Assembly: GCA_963744995.1 (NCBI GenBank)
Contig: CAVUWA010000009.1
Location: forward strand, 448,001-512,000
Length of the DNA: 64,000 nucleotides
Source: Candidatus Eiseniibacteriota bacterium
GTDB taxonomy: Bacteria > Eisenbacteria > RBG-16-71-46
Direction of reading: 5' to 3'
Part shown: positions 25,031 to 34,848 of the stretch, piece after piece
Layout: each line of letters begins with the position of its first letter
Position numbering within the stretch: the stretch's first letter is position 1
Program-made: the position numbers and the translations under genes
The notes under the pieces: generated by a model
What the model saw: the letters and a program-made list of their open reading frames with translations, nothing else
Told to the model about the DNA's origin: nothing
Database searches by the model: none

Positions 25031-25235
25031 CCCATGATTCGTTGCCGTTCAGCGGATTGCGCCGGCGACCTGCTCCAACTACGGTCGGCGCCCCACCGGG
25101 CATGGCCCCGCCTGCGGGGCCGCCGCGCCTGCAGAGATGAGCGCTGAGCGTTCCGGGCCGCGGACGCGGCAGATCCGCGCCGCCCGGGACCCGCAGGTCA
25201 GCCGGCCGAACAGCGCCCGGCCCGTGGAGGTTCCG

Positions 25236-26075
25236 GTGCATGGATCAAGCGCCATTCGCAGGCTCTATGCCGTACTTGCCGTTTTCGGTGCGCTGCTGAC
25301 GCTCGGCGTGCCGACCAGCGGTTGCAGTCTCATCGGCCTCGCCGGCGGCGCGGTCATCGACGCGAGCAGACCCGCAACGGTGCTGACGCCCACCGGAAAA
25401 CTGTACGCGTTCCGCCGCGGCGACCCGCTCGTGCTGCGGTTGCGCGACAGCAGCGTCGTGACGGGCCGTTACGCGGGATACGAGCGCATCGACGCGACGG
25501 CGTATCGCTCACGTTTTGCCGCGTTCCGCGCCGCGCATCCGGGTCCGGCACTGCCGGCGCCGGGCGCCCGTGTGGACGTCGACCGCAGCGGCACCATCCT
25601 CGGCGGACGCAGGTCGGGCGAACTCGTCGGGTTTCTGCTCGATGCGGTCGAGATCCGCCGCGAGAACGGCCGCACGATGACGTTGCCATACCGAAACGTG
25701 GAACGCGTCTGCTGGGAAGGCGGCGATGCGTGTCTGTCCCGGCGGGACATCATTCAGCTGCGGCTGCGCGGCGAGCTGCCGCTGGCACAGTCGATCACGC
25801 TCGACTCCGCCGGCGTGCGCGCCGAGGTGCCGCTGGACGACGTGGCGTTCGTCGAGGGGCCGCCGTTGCGCGATGCGGCGCGCAAAGGCTTCATGCTGGG
25901 ACTCACCGCCGATGCGCTGATCGTCGTCGCGGTGATCGCCGTGGCCTCCAGCTATCAGGGTCCGTTCGACGGGGCCGACTGTGATGCATCACCCGGCCTC
26001 TACTCGGCCCGGATGGAGACGCGCATCGAACGCACGCTGGCCCTCACGGCCCGTGCGAGGGAGGATCGGTCATGA
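25236..26075 (+). CDS. Hypothetical lipoprotein
   Basis: GGAGG SD with GTG start, lipobox-like TSGC and a hydrophobic segment near the C-terminus. Confidence 0.6.
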   Translation: MHGSSAIRRLYAVLAVFGALLTLGVPTSGCSLIGLAGGAVIDASRPATVLTPTGKLYAFRRGDPLVLRLRDSSVVTGRYAGYERIDATAYRSRFAAFRAAHPGPALPAPGARVDVDRSGTILGGRRSGELVGFLLDAVEIRRENGRTMTLPYRNVERVCWEGGDACLSRRDIIQLRLRGELPLAQSITLDSAGVRAEVPLDDVAFVEGPPLRDAARKGFMLGLTADALIVVAVIAVASSYQGPFDGADCDASPGLYSARMETRIERTLALTARAREDRS

Positions 26076-26461
26076 AGCGCATGATCATGTCCGTGGCGCT
26101 GGTCGCCGCCTGCGCTCTGGCGCCGCGCCCGGCGCACGCCTGGATCCGCGGCATGCCCGCGGACGACAATCCCATGGTCGAGATCGAGCGCTCGACGGTG
26201 GCGGGTGCGCTGACCGGGCTCACCCTCGGGCTCGCCGTCGCCAACGCGACCCCCGCCACCGACAATGACGGCGACATCATCCGTGTGGGATTCGTCGCCG
26301 GCACGCTCGTCGGATTCGTCGTGGGACTGAATCGCGCGGCGGGGCATTCGCCGAGCGCGATGATCGAGGCGGGCGCGGGCGGCGCGCGCCTGCACGTGCC
26401 GGTTCCGCAGCTGGACCGTGACGGCGCGGTGCGAGTGCCGCTCGTCGGGACGCGGTTCTGA
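26072..26461 (+). CDS. Small secreted or membrane hypothetical protein (glycine-zipper-like)
   Basis: GGAGGA SD, signal peptide ending AHA, two Gly-rich hydrophobic helices and a terminal Phe. Confidence 0.65.
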   Translation: MKRMIMSVALVAACALAPRPAHAWIRGMPADDNPMVEIERSTVAGALTGLTLGLAVANATPATDNDGDIIRVGFVAGTLVGFVVGLNRAAGHSPSAMIEAGAGGARLHVPVPQLDRDGAVRVPLVGTRF

Positions 26462-26779
26462 TGTTCCGGCGAAACGGCCGCGCCCAGGCGGGGTCTCGGG
26501 CTCGCGCTCGCCTGGATGCGGCTCGGCGAGATCGAGCACGCGCTCGCGGCCATGCAGCGCCGGATCGTCGCCGACATGGCGCCGGTGTACATCCGTCTGA
26601 GTCCGCCGCTCCATCCGCTCCTCGACTTCGAACCGTTTGCACCGCGACGCCTGGACGCCACGCTGGTGTGGCCGCTCGAGGCGCCGATGCGCTCGCCGGC
26701 GGTGCACCGGCTGTTCCGCGAGACGCGGATCGAGACCGGCGTGCCGCCGGCCGGCAGCGACATCCTCGCCGCGCCCTGA
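26462..26779 (+). pseudogene. Possible C-terminal remnant of a TPR-tailed regulator or kinase
   Basis: GLALAWMRLGEIEHALAAM...VYIRLSPPLHPL resembles the tail of TPR kinases. No SD is seen and the frame opens immediately after the upstream stop. Confidence 0.3.
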
Positions 26780-26873
26780 GTCCGACGGCGGCACGCGGAG
26801 CGCGGCCACCCGGCAGGCGAAACGCCGGCCACCCGCAGGGGCGGACCGGCGTTCCCGTCGAATCTGGCTGCGT

Positions 26874-28250
26874 TCAGTCGGAGGTTCGGCTCGCCGCAGC
26901 CGCGCCCAGGTCCACGTCGTCGATGCCGTCGAGATCGACCAGCGAGTGTTGCACCGACTCCCAGCCGCCGGCGAGCGCCGCGTAGGTCAGTTCCTCGGCG
27001 GTGGGGAGATCGTCGAGCATGACGAACGCCGCTCCCGCGGCGAAGCGCGCGATCACCCCGGCGCGATCGGTGGACTGCTTCATGCTCGCACGCTTGGCGT
27101 CCAGCACCTGGGCGAGGGTCGTGCCCGCACCGACGACGGAAGACCACTCGGACTCGACCTGCTTCGCCTTCTCGGGGTGCGCCTTGCGGATCTCGTCGGT
27201 GACCAGCGAGTAGCTGTCGGGCGCACCGTCCGGCACGTAGGCGGTCCACACCGCACGCGCCTTCATGGTGCGCGTACCGCTGTTGCGATCGAGCGTCGTG
27301 CCGTCGTGCGTGGAGATCACCTCGTAGGCGAGATCCACGTCCACGGTGCGGACCCGCGACACCACCTGGATCGGCACCTGGACCCACCGGGTCACCCTGA
27401 CGCCGGATTCGTTCTTCTCCGTGACCCGGTGCCAGACCGACTTGGCGAAGAAGTGGATGTTGGATTTGGAATCCGCGTCACCGATCGAACCCCACACCAC
27501 GCGGTCGGCGCCGGCCTGCCGCCCGAGCCGGATCGCGTCGTCGCGGGAGGTGTGGCCCAGGTCGGAGACGCGCAGCTCGCGCTCGACGTCCTCGACCGGG
27601 AGGATCCGCGTGAAGTAATGGCCGGCGGGCATGTGTTCGGTCAGGTCTCCGCTCCAGGCGGCCGCGATCTCGCGCCCCAGACCGGCGTCGCCACGCACGG
27701 AGCGCAGCGGCACGATCGCGACGCGCGTGGTGCCCTGCTCGAGCGCATCACTCGCGCGCTGCGCGGCGTCGCGGTAGTTGGGCAGGAAGCGCTCGGCCTC
27801 GGTGAAGTTGCCATATGCCTTCTTCGGCCGCTGCGTGCCCATGGCTTCGGCGCCCTCGTCGTAATTGCGGCGCGCGGCCACCTGGCGGATCAGCAGCTCG
27901 TCCCGCGACCAGTTGTCGCCGACCTGCACCGTCGTGTAGCGGATCGCGCCGGTACGGAAGCGCACGAAGTCCAGCACCTGCTCGGCGGCGGCCATGGTAT
28001 CCACCGCCGCGAGCGCGGTGATGCGGCGCTCCCAGTCCTCGGCGATCACGGCCGAGGCCGACGCGGCCGCGGCGCGCGCATGCGCGTTGGCGGGCGCCTT
28101 GTCGAGCGCGCGGGTCGCGAGGTTCCAGGCTTTCCAAACATCGCCCTCGGCGAGCTTGGCGTCACTCTTCTCGGCCAGTTTGGCCGGTCCTGCGCATCCG
28201 ATGCCGGCCGCGACGGCCAGCACGCAGACGAATCCGATCGTGCGATGCAT
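26874..28250 (-). CDS. Hypothetical lipoprotein with TPR-like and CsgG/TolB-N-like regions
   Basis: AAGGAGGT SD, lipobox GIGC, helical N-half, then RVAIVPL...ADRVVWGSI. Confidence 0.65.
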   Translation of the reverse strand: MHRTIGFVCVLAVAAGIGCAGPAKLAEKSDAKLAEGDVWKAWNLATRALDKAPANAHARAAAASASAVIAEDWERRITALAAVDTMAAAEQVLDFVRFRTGAIRYTTVQVGDNWSRDELLIRQVAARRNYDEGAEAMGTQRPKKAYGNFTEAERFLPNYRDAAQRASDALEQGTTRVAIVPLRSVRGDAGLGREIAAAWSGDLTEHMPAGHYFTRILPVEDVERELRVSDLGHTSRDDAIRLGRQAGADRVVWGSIGDADSKSNIHFFAKSVWHRVTEKNESGVRVTRWVQVPIQVVSRVRTVDVDLAYEVISTHDGTTLDRNSGTRTMKARAVWTAYVPDGAPDSYSLVTDEIRKAHPEKAKQVESEWSSVVGAGTTLAQVLDAKRASMKQSTDRAGVIARFAAGAAFVMLDDLPTAEELTYAALAGGWESVQHSLVDLDGIDDVDLGAAAASRTSD

Positions 28251-28528
28251 GGGGCACCTCCTTCCGGAGCGTTATCGGCAGCGCGCAGGCCGGAATCCAG
28301 CCCGGAAGGTGCAATTGGAGCGCGCGCGGAACCCGTTGGCGCACAGGCGACTGGGGCGCGACCTTGAGGCCGGAGGTCAGGGCCGGTCGCGGCGTTCGCA
28401 AGGAGCGATACGGCATGCGCACGCGGTTCGCTCCATGCGCCCAACGGAGCATGCCCTGCGGTTTGTCAGCGGGCTCGGGCGCTGCCAGATTGTGCCCGGC
28501 GCACCGATGCGCCCGAAAGGAACGGCCC

Positions 28529-28948
28529 ATGAGCGTCCGTCATCTCGACATCCAGCTCCAGACGCGCGGTGCAGGCGACATGCACGACCTCACCGAGCGC
28601 GTCGCGGAATCGATCGCTTCGTCCCGGATCAGCGAGGGTACGGTCACCGTGTTCGTGCCGGGTTCGACAGCGGGGATCACGACCATCGAGTTCGAGCCGG
28701 GCCTGATCCGCGACTTTCCGGAATCCTTCGAGCGCATCGCGCCGCGCGACGCAGACTATGCGCACGACGAGAAGTGGCACGACGGCAACGGCCACAGCCA
28801 CGTTCGCGCGAGCCTGCTGGGCCCGTCGCTGACGCTCCCCGTCGCGCACGGCATGCCGGTGCTCGGTACCTGGCAGCAGATCGTGCTCGTGGACTTCGAC
28901 AACCGCCCGCGTGAACGGCGGGTGATCGTCACCGTGCTGGGGGAGTGA
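28529..28948 (+). CDS. yjbQ: YjbQ/UPF0047 family protein
   Basis: GSTAGITTIE, DGNGHSHVRASLLG and LGTWQQIVLVDFD. Confidence 0.92.
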   Translation: MSVRHLDIQLQTRGAGDMHDLTERVAESIASSRISEGTVTVFVPGSTAGITTIEFEPGLIRDFPESFERIAPRDADYAHDEKWHDGNGHSHVRASLLGPSLTLPVAHGMPVLGTWQQIVLVDFDNRPRERRVIVTVLGE

Positions 28949-30275
28949 GCGCCCCCGCCGGCGCCTCCGGCTTCCGCGCAGCGGCGCGTTCCGCCGGCGT
29001 GAGCCATTCCGCGGCGAGCCGGTCGCGGCGCTCGGCGAGCACGCGCGTCAGGTAATCCACCGCGCGCGGATCCGAATAGCGTCCGAACGCCACGGCCGCA
29101 CGGATCTGCTCGTCGGTGAACGCGGCGACGATCCGCACGCCCCAGCGCACGTCGGCGGCGGTCATGTCGTCGAAGGCCGGGTTCGGCAGGAACGGACGCC
29201 AGTCGCCCGGGTCGAAGGTCCTCGAATCGAGGAAGCCGACGCTCAGGAGGCCGGGATCCGCGGCGTCTTCCCACTTGAACGGAACCAGCCCCGCCGTGGC
29301 GAAGGCGCGCGCGATCGCGCGGTAGTCGAGCAGGTGCTCGGCGCCGCTGCTCGGCGACTGCGGAGCGATCGACGCCGAGCCCAGACAGCCGCTGAAGTCG
29401 ATCAGGTGGTGGCGGACGAACGAGCGCCCGCCCTCGCTCACCCACATGTCGAGGGTGTTGCGGGCGCTGCAGTCGGTGTTGTTGAGCCAGGCGTGGATCG
29501 CCCACATGCCGCGCACCTCGCGCCGGAACTCGTGGGGAATCAGATCCTCCGGGTCGTCTTCGCGGCGCCCCGCGTAGCGCCATTCGCCGAGCGGCCGGCC
29601 GGCCAGGTAGCGGCTCGCCACCACGCGGTAGCTGCCGTCCGGCCGCTGCGGCGCTCCCGCGAGGAGTTCGTCGATGTACGTCTCCGTGATCGGACGGCGA
29701 CCGCCGGCCGCCTCGTAGGTCGCGCCGTCTTCGATCACCAGGTCCTCGCGACGGAACGTTTCGATGGTGTTGTCGGGGACGTTGAACCCGGCGGCCCAGT
29801 AGAGTCGCGAGCACACGGCGTCGGCCGACGTGGCGAGCTCCGGGTACCCGGGCGGGTCGAACTTGATCGCAAAGCGCTGCCCGGACACATCCTCGACCTG
29901 AAAGCCCTTCGAAACCCCTTCGGTCTTCGCGCGTACGACCTTCCACGGGCCGGGGGCGGGACCGCTGCCCGGTCCGGGTCCCGCGAGCATCCGCGCGACG
30001 CCGACCGGCCGGTAGCCGACCCGCGGCGTCCACCACGTGCTCGGCAGGCGCACTTCGCCCCGCTCGTCCACGTTGGCGGCCTCGCGCCTTCCCACGATGC
30101 TGCGCACCCAGCGCGACGGATCCAGCGTGCGGGCCACGGGCCGCAGGACGCTCTGCTCCAGGGCGTCGTAGTAGTAGGAGATCCGGGTGGGCGCAGGCGC
30201 CGCGGCCGCGCCGTCACCCGCGATCAGGAGCAGCGCGACGGCCGTCACTGCCGTCGATGCGCCGCGCGCGCTCAT
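28929..30275 (-). CDS. Exported protein with an atypical HipA/PI4K-like kinase fold
   Basis: Signal peptide, KTEGVSKG loop, FAIKFD, PELA, WLNNTDCSARN and LIDFS. The protein call is solid and the kinase call is inference. Confidence 0.7.
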   Translation of the reverse strand: MSARGASTAVTAVALLLIAGDGAAAAPAPTRISYYYDALEQSVLRPVARTLDPSRWVRSIVGRREAANVDERGEVRLPSTWWTPRVGYRPVGVARMLAGPGPGSGPAPGPWKVVRAKTEGVSKGFQVEDVSGQRFAIKFDPPGYPELATSADAVCSRLYWAAGFNVPDNTIETFRREDLVIEDGATYEAAGGRRPITETYIDELLAGAPQRPDGSYRVVASRYLAGRPLGEWRYAGRREDDPEDLIPHEFRREVRGMWAIHAWLNNTDCSARNTLDMWVSEGGRSFVRHHLIDFSGCLGSASIAPQSPSSGAEHLLDYRAIARAFATAGLVPFKWEDAADPGLLSVGFLDSRTFDPGDWRPFLPNPAFDDMTAADVRWGVRIVAAFTDEQIRAAVAFGRYSDPRAVDYLTRVLAERRDRLAAEWLTPAERAAARKPEAPAGALTPPAR

Positions 30276-31660
30276 TCCACGCCGCCGATCGAGAACTTGA
30301 AGCGGATCGACTCATGGCTCCAGGCGAGACCCGCCGAGGCCATCATGCCCTGGTCGGTGCGCAGCCGCAGCAGCCCGGCGTAGGACGTTTCGAGCCGGTC
30401 GGGGCGCAACACGACGAGATCCGGGAACACGCCACCCGCCTCGAAACGCCACTCGAACTCCAGGTTCTTGCCGAGCGGCAGGATGTAACCCAGGCGCGCG
30501 AGCGCCAGGTCCACGTCGTGGAAACGGCCCGCACCGAAGCCGGCGAGTCCGGCATGCCCGCCAAGCGACTCGAGATCGGGAATCCACAGCGCTCCGCCCG
30601 CGCGATCGGGACGCTGGTCCACAGCCCGCAGCAGCAGCCGCACGGTGCGCGGATCGCGGCCGAAGGAGAATCCCCCCTCTGCCTCCCAGCTGAGGCGCGT
30701 GAACGAGCGGCCGCCGGTGTGCGCGTCCTCGAGCGCAAAGGCGCGGATCGGCCGATCGTGGCGTTCCGCCTCGAACGCGGCGCGCCAGCCGCCGGTCCAG
30801 TGGGGTCTGCCATGGCGGGCATCGTGGGAGATGCGCACGCCGTAGACGAGACGCTCGGTGCGCCGCCCCAGCATCGAAGCGGCGAACTCCGGAAACAGAA
30901 CCTCGAGCGAGGGGTCGTCCGGATCGCGTCCGGTCGTCATTTTCGTGACCTGCGGACCCGCCCACACGGCCAGCTGCGTGCGCAGCGGCTCGTCGCGCGG
31001 CGCCGTCGGATGAACGACCACCCCGTCCACGGTCTGCAGCATCGCGGGGCCGCCGCGGCGGTACGGGTAGACGGCGATCAGCCGCAGCGCTTGCGAACGA
31101 GTCGCGTAGGCGCTCTTCGCGTCGGCATCCGCGTCCATGCCGAGCCCGACGAAGCGCTCGCGCGGCCGCCATTCCGACACGTAGAGCACGCGCAGCGGGC
31201 CCGCGAATCCGCCGACCCGGTCCCGGTTGTAGCCACGCGTGCTGGCGCTGGCCTCGAGAGCGAGATGCCGTCCCACCACCGGCGGGGAGAACGTGAGCCC
31301 GGCGCCGAGTCCCGTGCGATCGCCGAGCGAAGCGGGCAGGGCGGCCAGACCGAGCGCTCGGGGCAGCGCCAACCGGCTGACGAGAATCGGAACGAGGTTC
31401 TCGTCCTCGACGTAGAGAAGCCCCGATTCGGTGGCGCGGCCGAGCCACCGGAACGGCAGCGACACGAGGTACCCCGGCGCGCGCAGCACGGACTCCCAGG
31501 TCTCCGCGGGGCGTACCGGTCTCTCCGGGATCCAGGCAGGCGCGTTCAATGCCGCGAGGGGATCGGTGGCCGTGCTGTCGCGCGGCGCGTCCGCGAGCGC
31601 GGGCGGACCATTCGCGAGGGCCGTGAGGGCCCACAGGATGGCGACGCGGAGAACCCTCAT
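30272..31660 (-). CDS. Omp85 (BamA/TamA-like) outer-membrane barrel protein
   Basis: Signal peptide, amphipathic strands, LGGHAGLAGFGAGRFHD (loop-6-like) and terminal strand IRFKFSIG. The stop overlaps the kinase start. Confidence 0.7.
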   Translation of the reverse strand: MRVLRVAILWALTALANGPPALADAPRDSTATDPLAALNAPAWIPERPVRPAETWESVLRAPGYLVSLPFRWLGRATESGLLYVEDENLVPILVSRLALPRALGLAALPASLGDRTGLGAGLTFSPPVVGRHLALEASASTRGYNRDRVGGFAGPLRVLYVSEWRPRERFVGLGMDADADAKSAYATRSQALRLIAVYPYRRGGPAMLQTVDGVVVHPTAPRDEPLRTQLAVWAGPQVTKMTTGRDPDDPSLEVLFPEFAASMLGRRTERLVYGVRISHDARHGRPHWTGGWRAAFEAERHDRPIRAFALEDAHTGGRSFTRLSWEAEGGFSFGRDPRTVRLLLRAVDQRPDRAGGALWIPDLESLGGHAGLAGFGAGRFHDVDLALARLGYILPLGKNLEFEWRFEAGGVFPDLVVLRPDRLETSYAGLLRLRTDQGMMASAGLAWSHESIRFKFSIGGVE

Positions 31661-31813
31661 CGAGGGCAGCACTATTGCCCCCGGCAGACGGGCCGTCAAA
31701 CCCGAACGGCCGGGCGGCGGGCTCCGGACTGGCTGCCATCACGGGCTTCGATTAGGGTGCGCTCGCGGCCGCGATCGGGACGGTCGCCGCTCCCCCTGGA
31801 GGTCGCGAACGCG

Positions 31814-33154
31814 ATGCCCGAGGACACCGCACCCGCTGCCGGCCTGCGGCCCGGCCGGCTCGACCGTGCACTGCGCGCGTTCGGCGACGTGCGCGGGGGG
31901 GAGGGCGCGCGCACTCTGCTCATGTTCGCGAACGTCTTCCTCCTGCTGGTCGCCTACTACGTGCTCAAGACCGTGCGCGAGCCGCTGATCCTCACCCGCG
32001 GCGGCGCGGAGCTCAAGTCCTACGCGGCGGCGGCGCAGGCGGCGACCCTGCTGCTGTACGTCCCTGCCTACGGCTGGCTCGCGAGCCGGCTGCCGCGCTC
32101 CCGGCTGATCGTCACCATCGTGCTGTTCTTCATCGGCTGCATCCAGTTCTTCTACGTCACGGGCCTCGCGGGCGCGTCCTTCGTCGGCTTCGCGTTCTAC
32201 GTCTGGGTCGGCATCTTCAGCCTGACGATGATCGCGCAGTTCTGGTCGTTCGCGAACGACGTGTATTCGAAGCCGGAGGGCGACCGGCTCTTTCCGCTGA
32301 TCGCGGTCGGCGCCACCGCGGGCGCCCCGCTCGGCGCCGCTCTCGCCGGACGCCTGTTCCACGCCGGCGTGAGCCCCTGGTCCATGCTGCAGATCGCGAG
32401 CGGCCTGCTGCTCGCGCACCTGGCGCTTTACTTCGCCGTGCGCCGTCCCGTCGCCCGAGACACGGCGCGCGACGCGGCTCCCGTCGGCGGACGGAAGAGC
32501 GGCTTCGCGCTCGTGCTCACGAGTCCCTACCTGCGGCTGCTCGCCGTGCTCCTGATCCTGCTCAACGTCGTCAACACGACCGGCGAGTTCATCCTTTCGG
32601 GACTGGTCACCGCGCGTGCCGATGTGCTGGCTCAGGGCGCGCCGGGCTTCGACCGCAGCGCGTTCATCGGTGCCTTCTACGGCGACTACTTCTTCTGGGT
32701 CAACGTCGCTTCCGTGGTGATCCAGGCGTTCCTCGTCTCGCGCATCGTGAAATTCCTCGGCATGGCCGGCGCCCTGCTCGCGCTGCCGGTCGTCGCGCTC
32801 GGCGTCTACGGGCTGGCGCTCTCGGGTGCCGGACTGGCGTTCGTGCGCTGGGTCAAGACCGCGGAGAACGCCGCCGACTACTCGGTCATGAACACCGCGC
32901 GGCAGATGCTGTGGCTGCCGACCTCGCGCGAGGAGAAGTACAAGGCCAAACAGGCAATCGACACGTTCTTCGTACGCACGGGCGACGTGCTGTCGGCCGG
33001 GATGGTCTACCTCGGCACGCATGTGCTGGCGCTCGGCACGAGCGGATTCGCCGCGGCCAATCTCATCTTCGTGGGCGGCGCGCTGGCGGTGGCGATCCTG
33101 CTGCTCGGGCAGTACCGGCGGATCAGCGCGGCGCAGGACGCGATGGCGGCGTGA
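31814..33154 (+). CDS. NTT/TLC family nucleotide (ATP/ADP) transporter
   Basis: YYVLKTVRE, QFWSFANDVY...RLFPLI and LWLPTSREEKYKAKQAIDTFFVRTGD, with about 12 TM segments and a GGAGGT SD. Confidence 0.85.
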   Translation: MPEDTAPAAGLRPGRLDRALRAFGDVRGGEGARTLLMFANVFLLLVAYYVLKTVREPLILTRGGAELKSYAAAAQAATLLLYVPAYGWLASRLPRSRLIVTIVLFFIGCIQFFYVTGLAGASFVGFAFYVWVGIFSLTMIAQFWSFANDVYSKPEGDRLFPLIAVGATAGAPLGAALAGRLFHAGVSPWSMLQIASGLLLAHLALYFAVRRPVARDTARDAAPVGGRKSGFALVLTSPYLRLLAVLLILLNVVNTTGEFILSGLVTARADVLAQGAPGFDRSAFIGAFYGDYFFWVNVASVVIQAFLVSRIVKFLGMAGALLALPVVALGVYGLALSGAGLAFVRWVKTAENAADYSVMNTARQMLWLPTSREEKYKAKQAIDTFFVRTGDVLSAGMVYLGTHVLALGTSGFAAANLIFVGGALAVAILLLGQYRRISAAQDAMAA

Positions 33155-33315
33155 GCCGGATCAGTGCGCCGGCGCCGCGGCCGGCACCGCGGCGGGGGCG
33201 GGCAGGAGCGCCGCCACCCCGACGAGCATCACGAGGGCGCCTCCAGGCGCCCCGCCATGGCCCGCCCGGCCCGGGCTTTACGCCTCTGCGGTCGAAGCGC
33301 CCGACCGGAGGTGCC

Positions 33316-34683
33316 ATGCCGCTCCGCCATCGACACATCGTCTACCGCGACCCGACGCCACGCCCGTGGCTCATGAACGCGACCGCGATCCTCAACCGCC
33401 GGCTGATCCTGCCGCACCTGCTGAGGGTGCGCGCGATCGATCTGCCGGATGCCGACGCGGCGCGGCTCGCGGGCGCGCTCGATCCCGGGGCGGTGGCTTT
33501 CGTCGCACCCAACCATCCCGAATTCACCACGGACTGGATGCTCGACAAGGAGATCTCGCGCCGCTTCGCGCCACGCATGGCGCACTGGGCGGCGTCCGAC
33601 ATCGTCCATGCGAGCCCGCTCGCCGAACGCTTCTGGCTGAGCGCGAACCTGATCGCCAACGTGCCGGGCGGCGGCGGGCGCGCATACTCGGTGCGCTGGG
33701 CCCGCGCCGGACACGGCGTGCTGTTGCACCCCGAGGGCACCGCCACCTGGTGCGGCGACCGCATCGGTGCGCTGGTTCCGGGTATCGCCGACATGGCGCT
33801 GGCGTCCCGGGCGGCCGAACGGGAGGAACCGCGCGGCGCAGGCGGCGCGCCGCGCCCCGTGCGGATCGCGCCGGTGGTGTGGAAGCTGCACTTCGAACGT
33901 GAGGTCGGGCGGGAGCTCGGACGCGAGATCGACTTCGTCGCGCGCGCGCTGCGTCTCGCCCGGCCGACCGGGAGCGATGTCGCCGGGCGCTTCGCGGCGC
34001 TGCATGCCATGATCCTCGACGCCCGCTGCGTGCGGTTCGGCTGGTGCGCGCCCCGGGCGCATCCGGGAAGCTTCTTCGAGCTGCAGGCCGCCCTCGAGCA
34101 TCGTCTCACCGCCGCTCTCGCCGGCCGCTACGGCGCGCCCGGTGCGGATCACGCGCGCTGGCTGCATGGGGTGCGCCGCATGATCGGCGCGGGCGGACGC
34201 ACCGCGGACGGCCGCCGCGACCTCGAGATCGCCGGCGAGGTCGAGCGCCTGCACCGGTTCGATCGGGCGGGCTACGGCGGTCCGCGGCTCACTCAGGAGC
34301 AGATCGCCGAATCGCTCAAGCGGCTGCGCTCGAATTTGCTCACCCGCGGGTTCACTCACGCGCTCCACCATCTCGTGCCGCGCGCCGTCGCACCGCGCAT
34401 CGCCCGCGTCCGCGTCCCCGAGCCACTCGACGTCGATGCCTTCCGGCCGGATGAAGACGACGCGCGGGCCCGCCTGCTCGAGGCGCTCGGCGACCGGATG
34501 CGCGCGACGCTCGCGGCGCTGAACGCGGAGATCGCGCCGGAGGTCGAACGCCATGCGCGACCGAACCCGTGGTACGGGGCGCGGGCGCGTGTGGCCCCGC
34601 GCGGACGCTACGTCACCCGGCGCAGCGCAGGCGCGGGAAACGTCCGGAGAATGCGACGGACTCGTTCAGCCGCTGACAAGTGA
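33316..34683 (+). CDS. Glycerolipid acyltransferase-like (LPLAT) protein
   Basis: APNHPEFTTD (H...D motif) and LLHPEG, with a GGAGGT SD. Confidence 0.6.
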   Translation: MPLRHRHIVYRDPTPRPWLMNATAILNRRLILPHLLRVRAIDLPDADAARLAGALDPGAVAFVAPNHPEFTTDWMLDKEISRRFAPRMAHWAASDIVHASPLAERFWLSANLIANVPGGGGRAYSVRWARAGHGVLLHPEGTATWCGDRIGALVPGIADMALASRAAEREEPRGAGGAPRPVRIAPVVWKLHFEREVGRELGREIDFVARALRLARPTGSDVAGRFAALHAMILDARCVRFGWCAPRAHPGSFFELQAALEHRLTAALAGRYGAPGADHARWLHGVRRMIGAGGRTADGRRDLEIAGEVERLHRFDRAGYGGPRLTQEQIAESLKRLRSNLLTRGFTHALHHLVPRAVAPRIARVRVPEPLDVDAFRPDEDDARARLLEALGDRMRATLAALNAEIAPEVERHARPNPWYGARARVAPRGRYVTRRSAGAGNVRRMRRTRSAADK

Positions 34684-34848
34684 CGAACGGGCAGGACCCC
34701 GCTCACCTCATTCGTTCCTGCAACTCCGACGCCGGGGGGAAACCGGGGCCGCGCGGCCTGCGTATGCTTCACAGTGACGCGCATCGTCACCGTGCCGCGC
34801 GGCCTGCCGCGTGGCGCGCCCCACGTGCGGGCCCCGGAGGTCTTCCCG

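Noticed and set aside
28929..28948. 20-bp 3' overlap between yjbQ and the kinase-like gene
   Set aside because: Short convergent overlaps are common in GC-rich genomes and imply no function.
30257..31813. Apparent N-terminal extension of the NTT transporter (965-aa ORF)
   Set aside because: It is the antisense shadow of the Omp85 gene. An SD supports the start at 31814.
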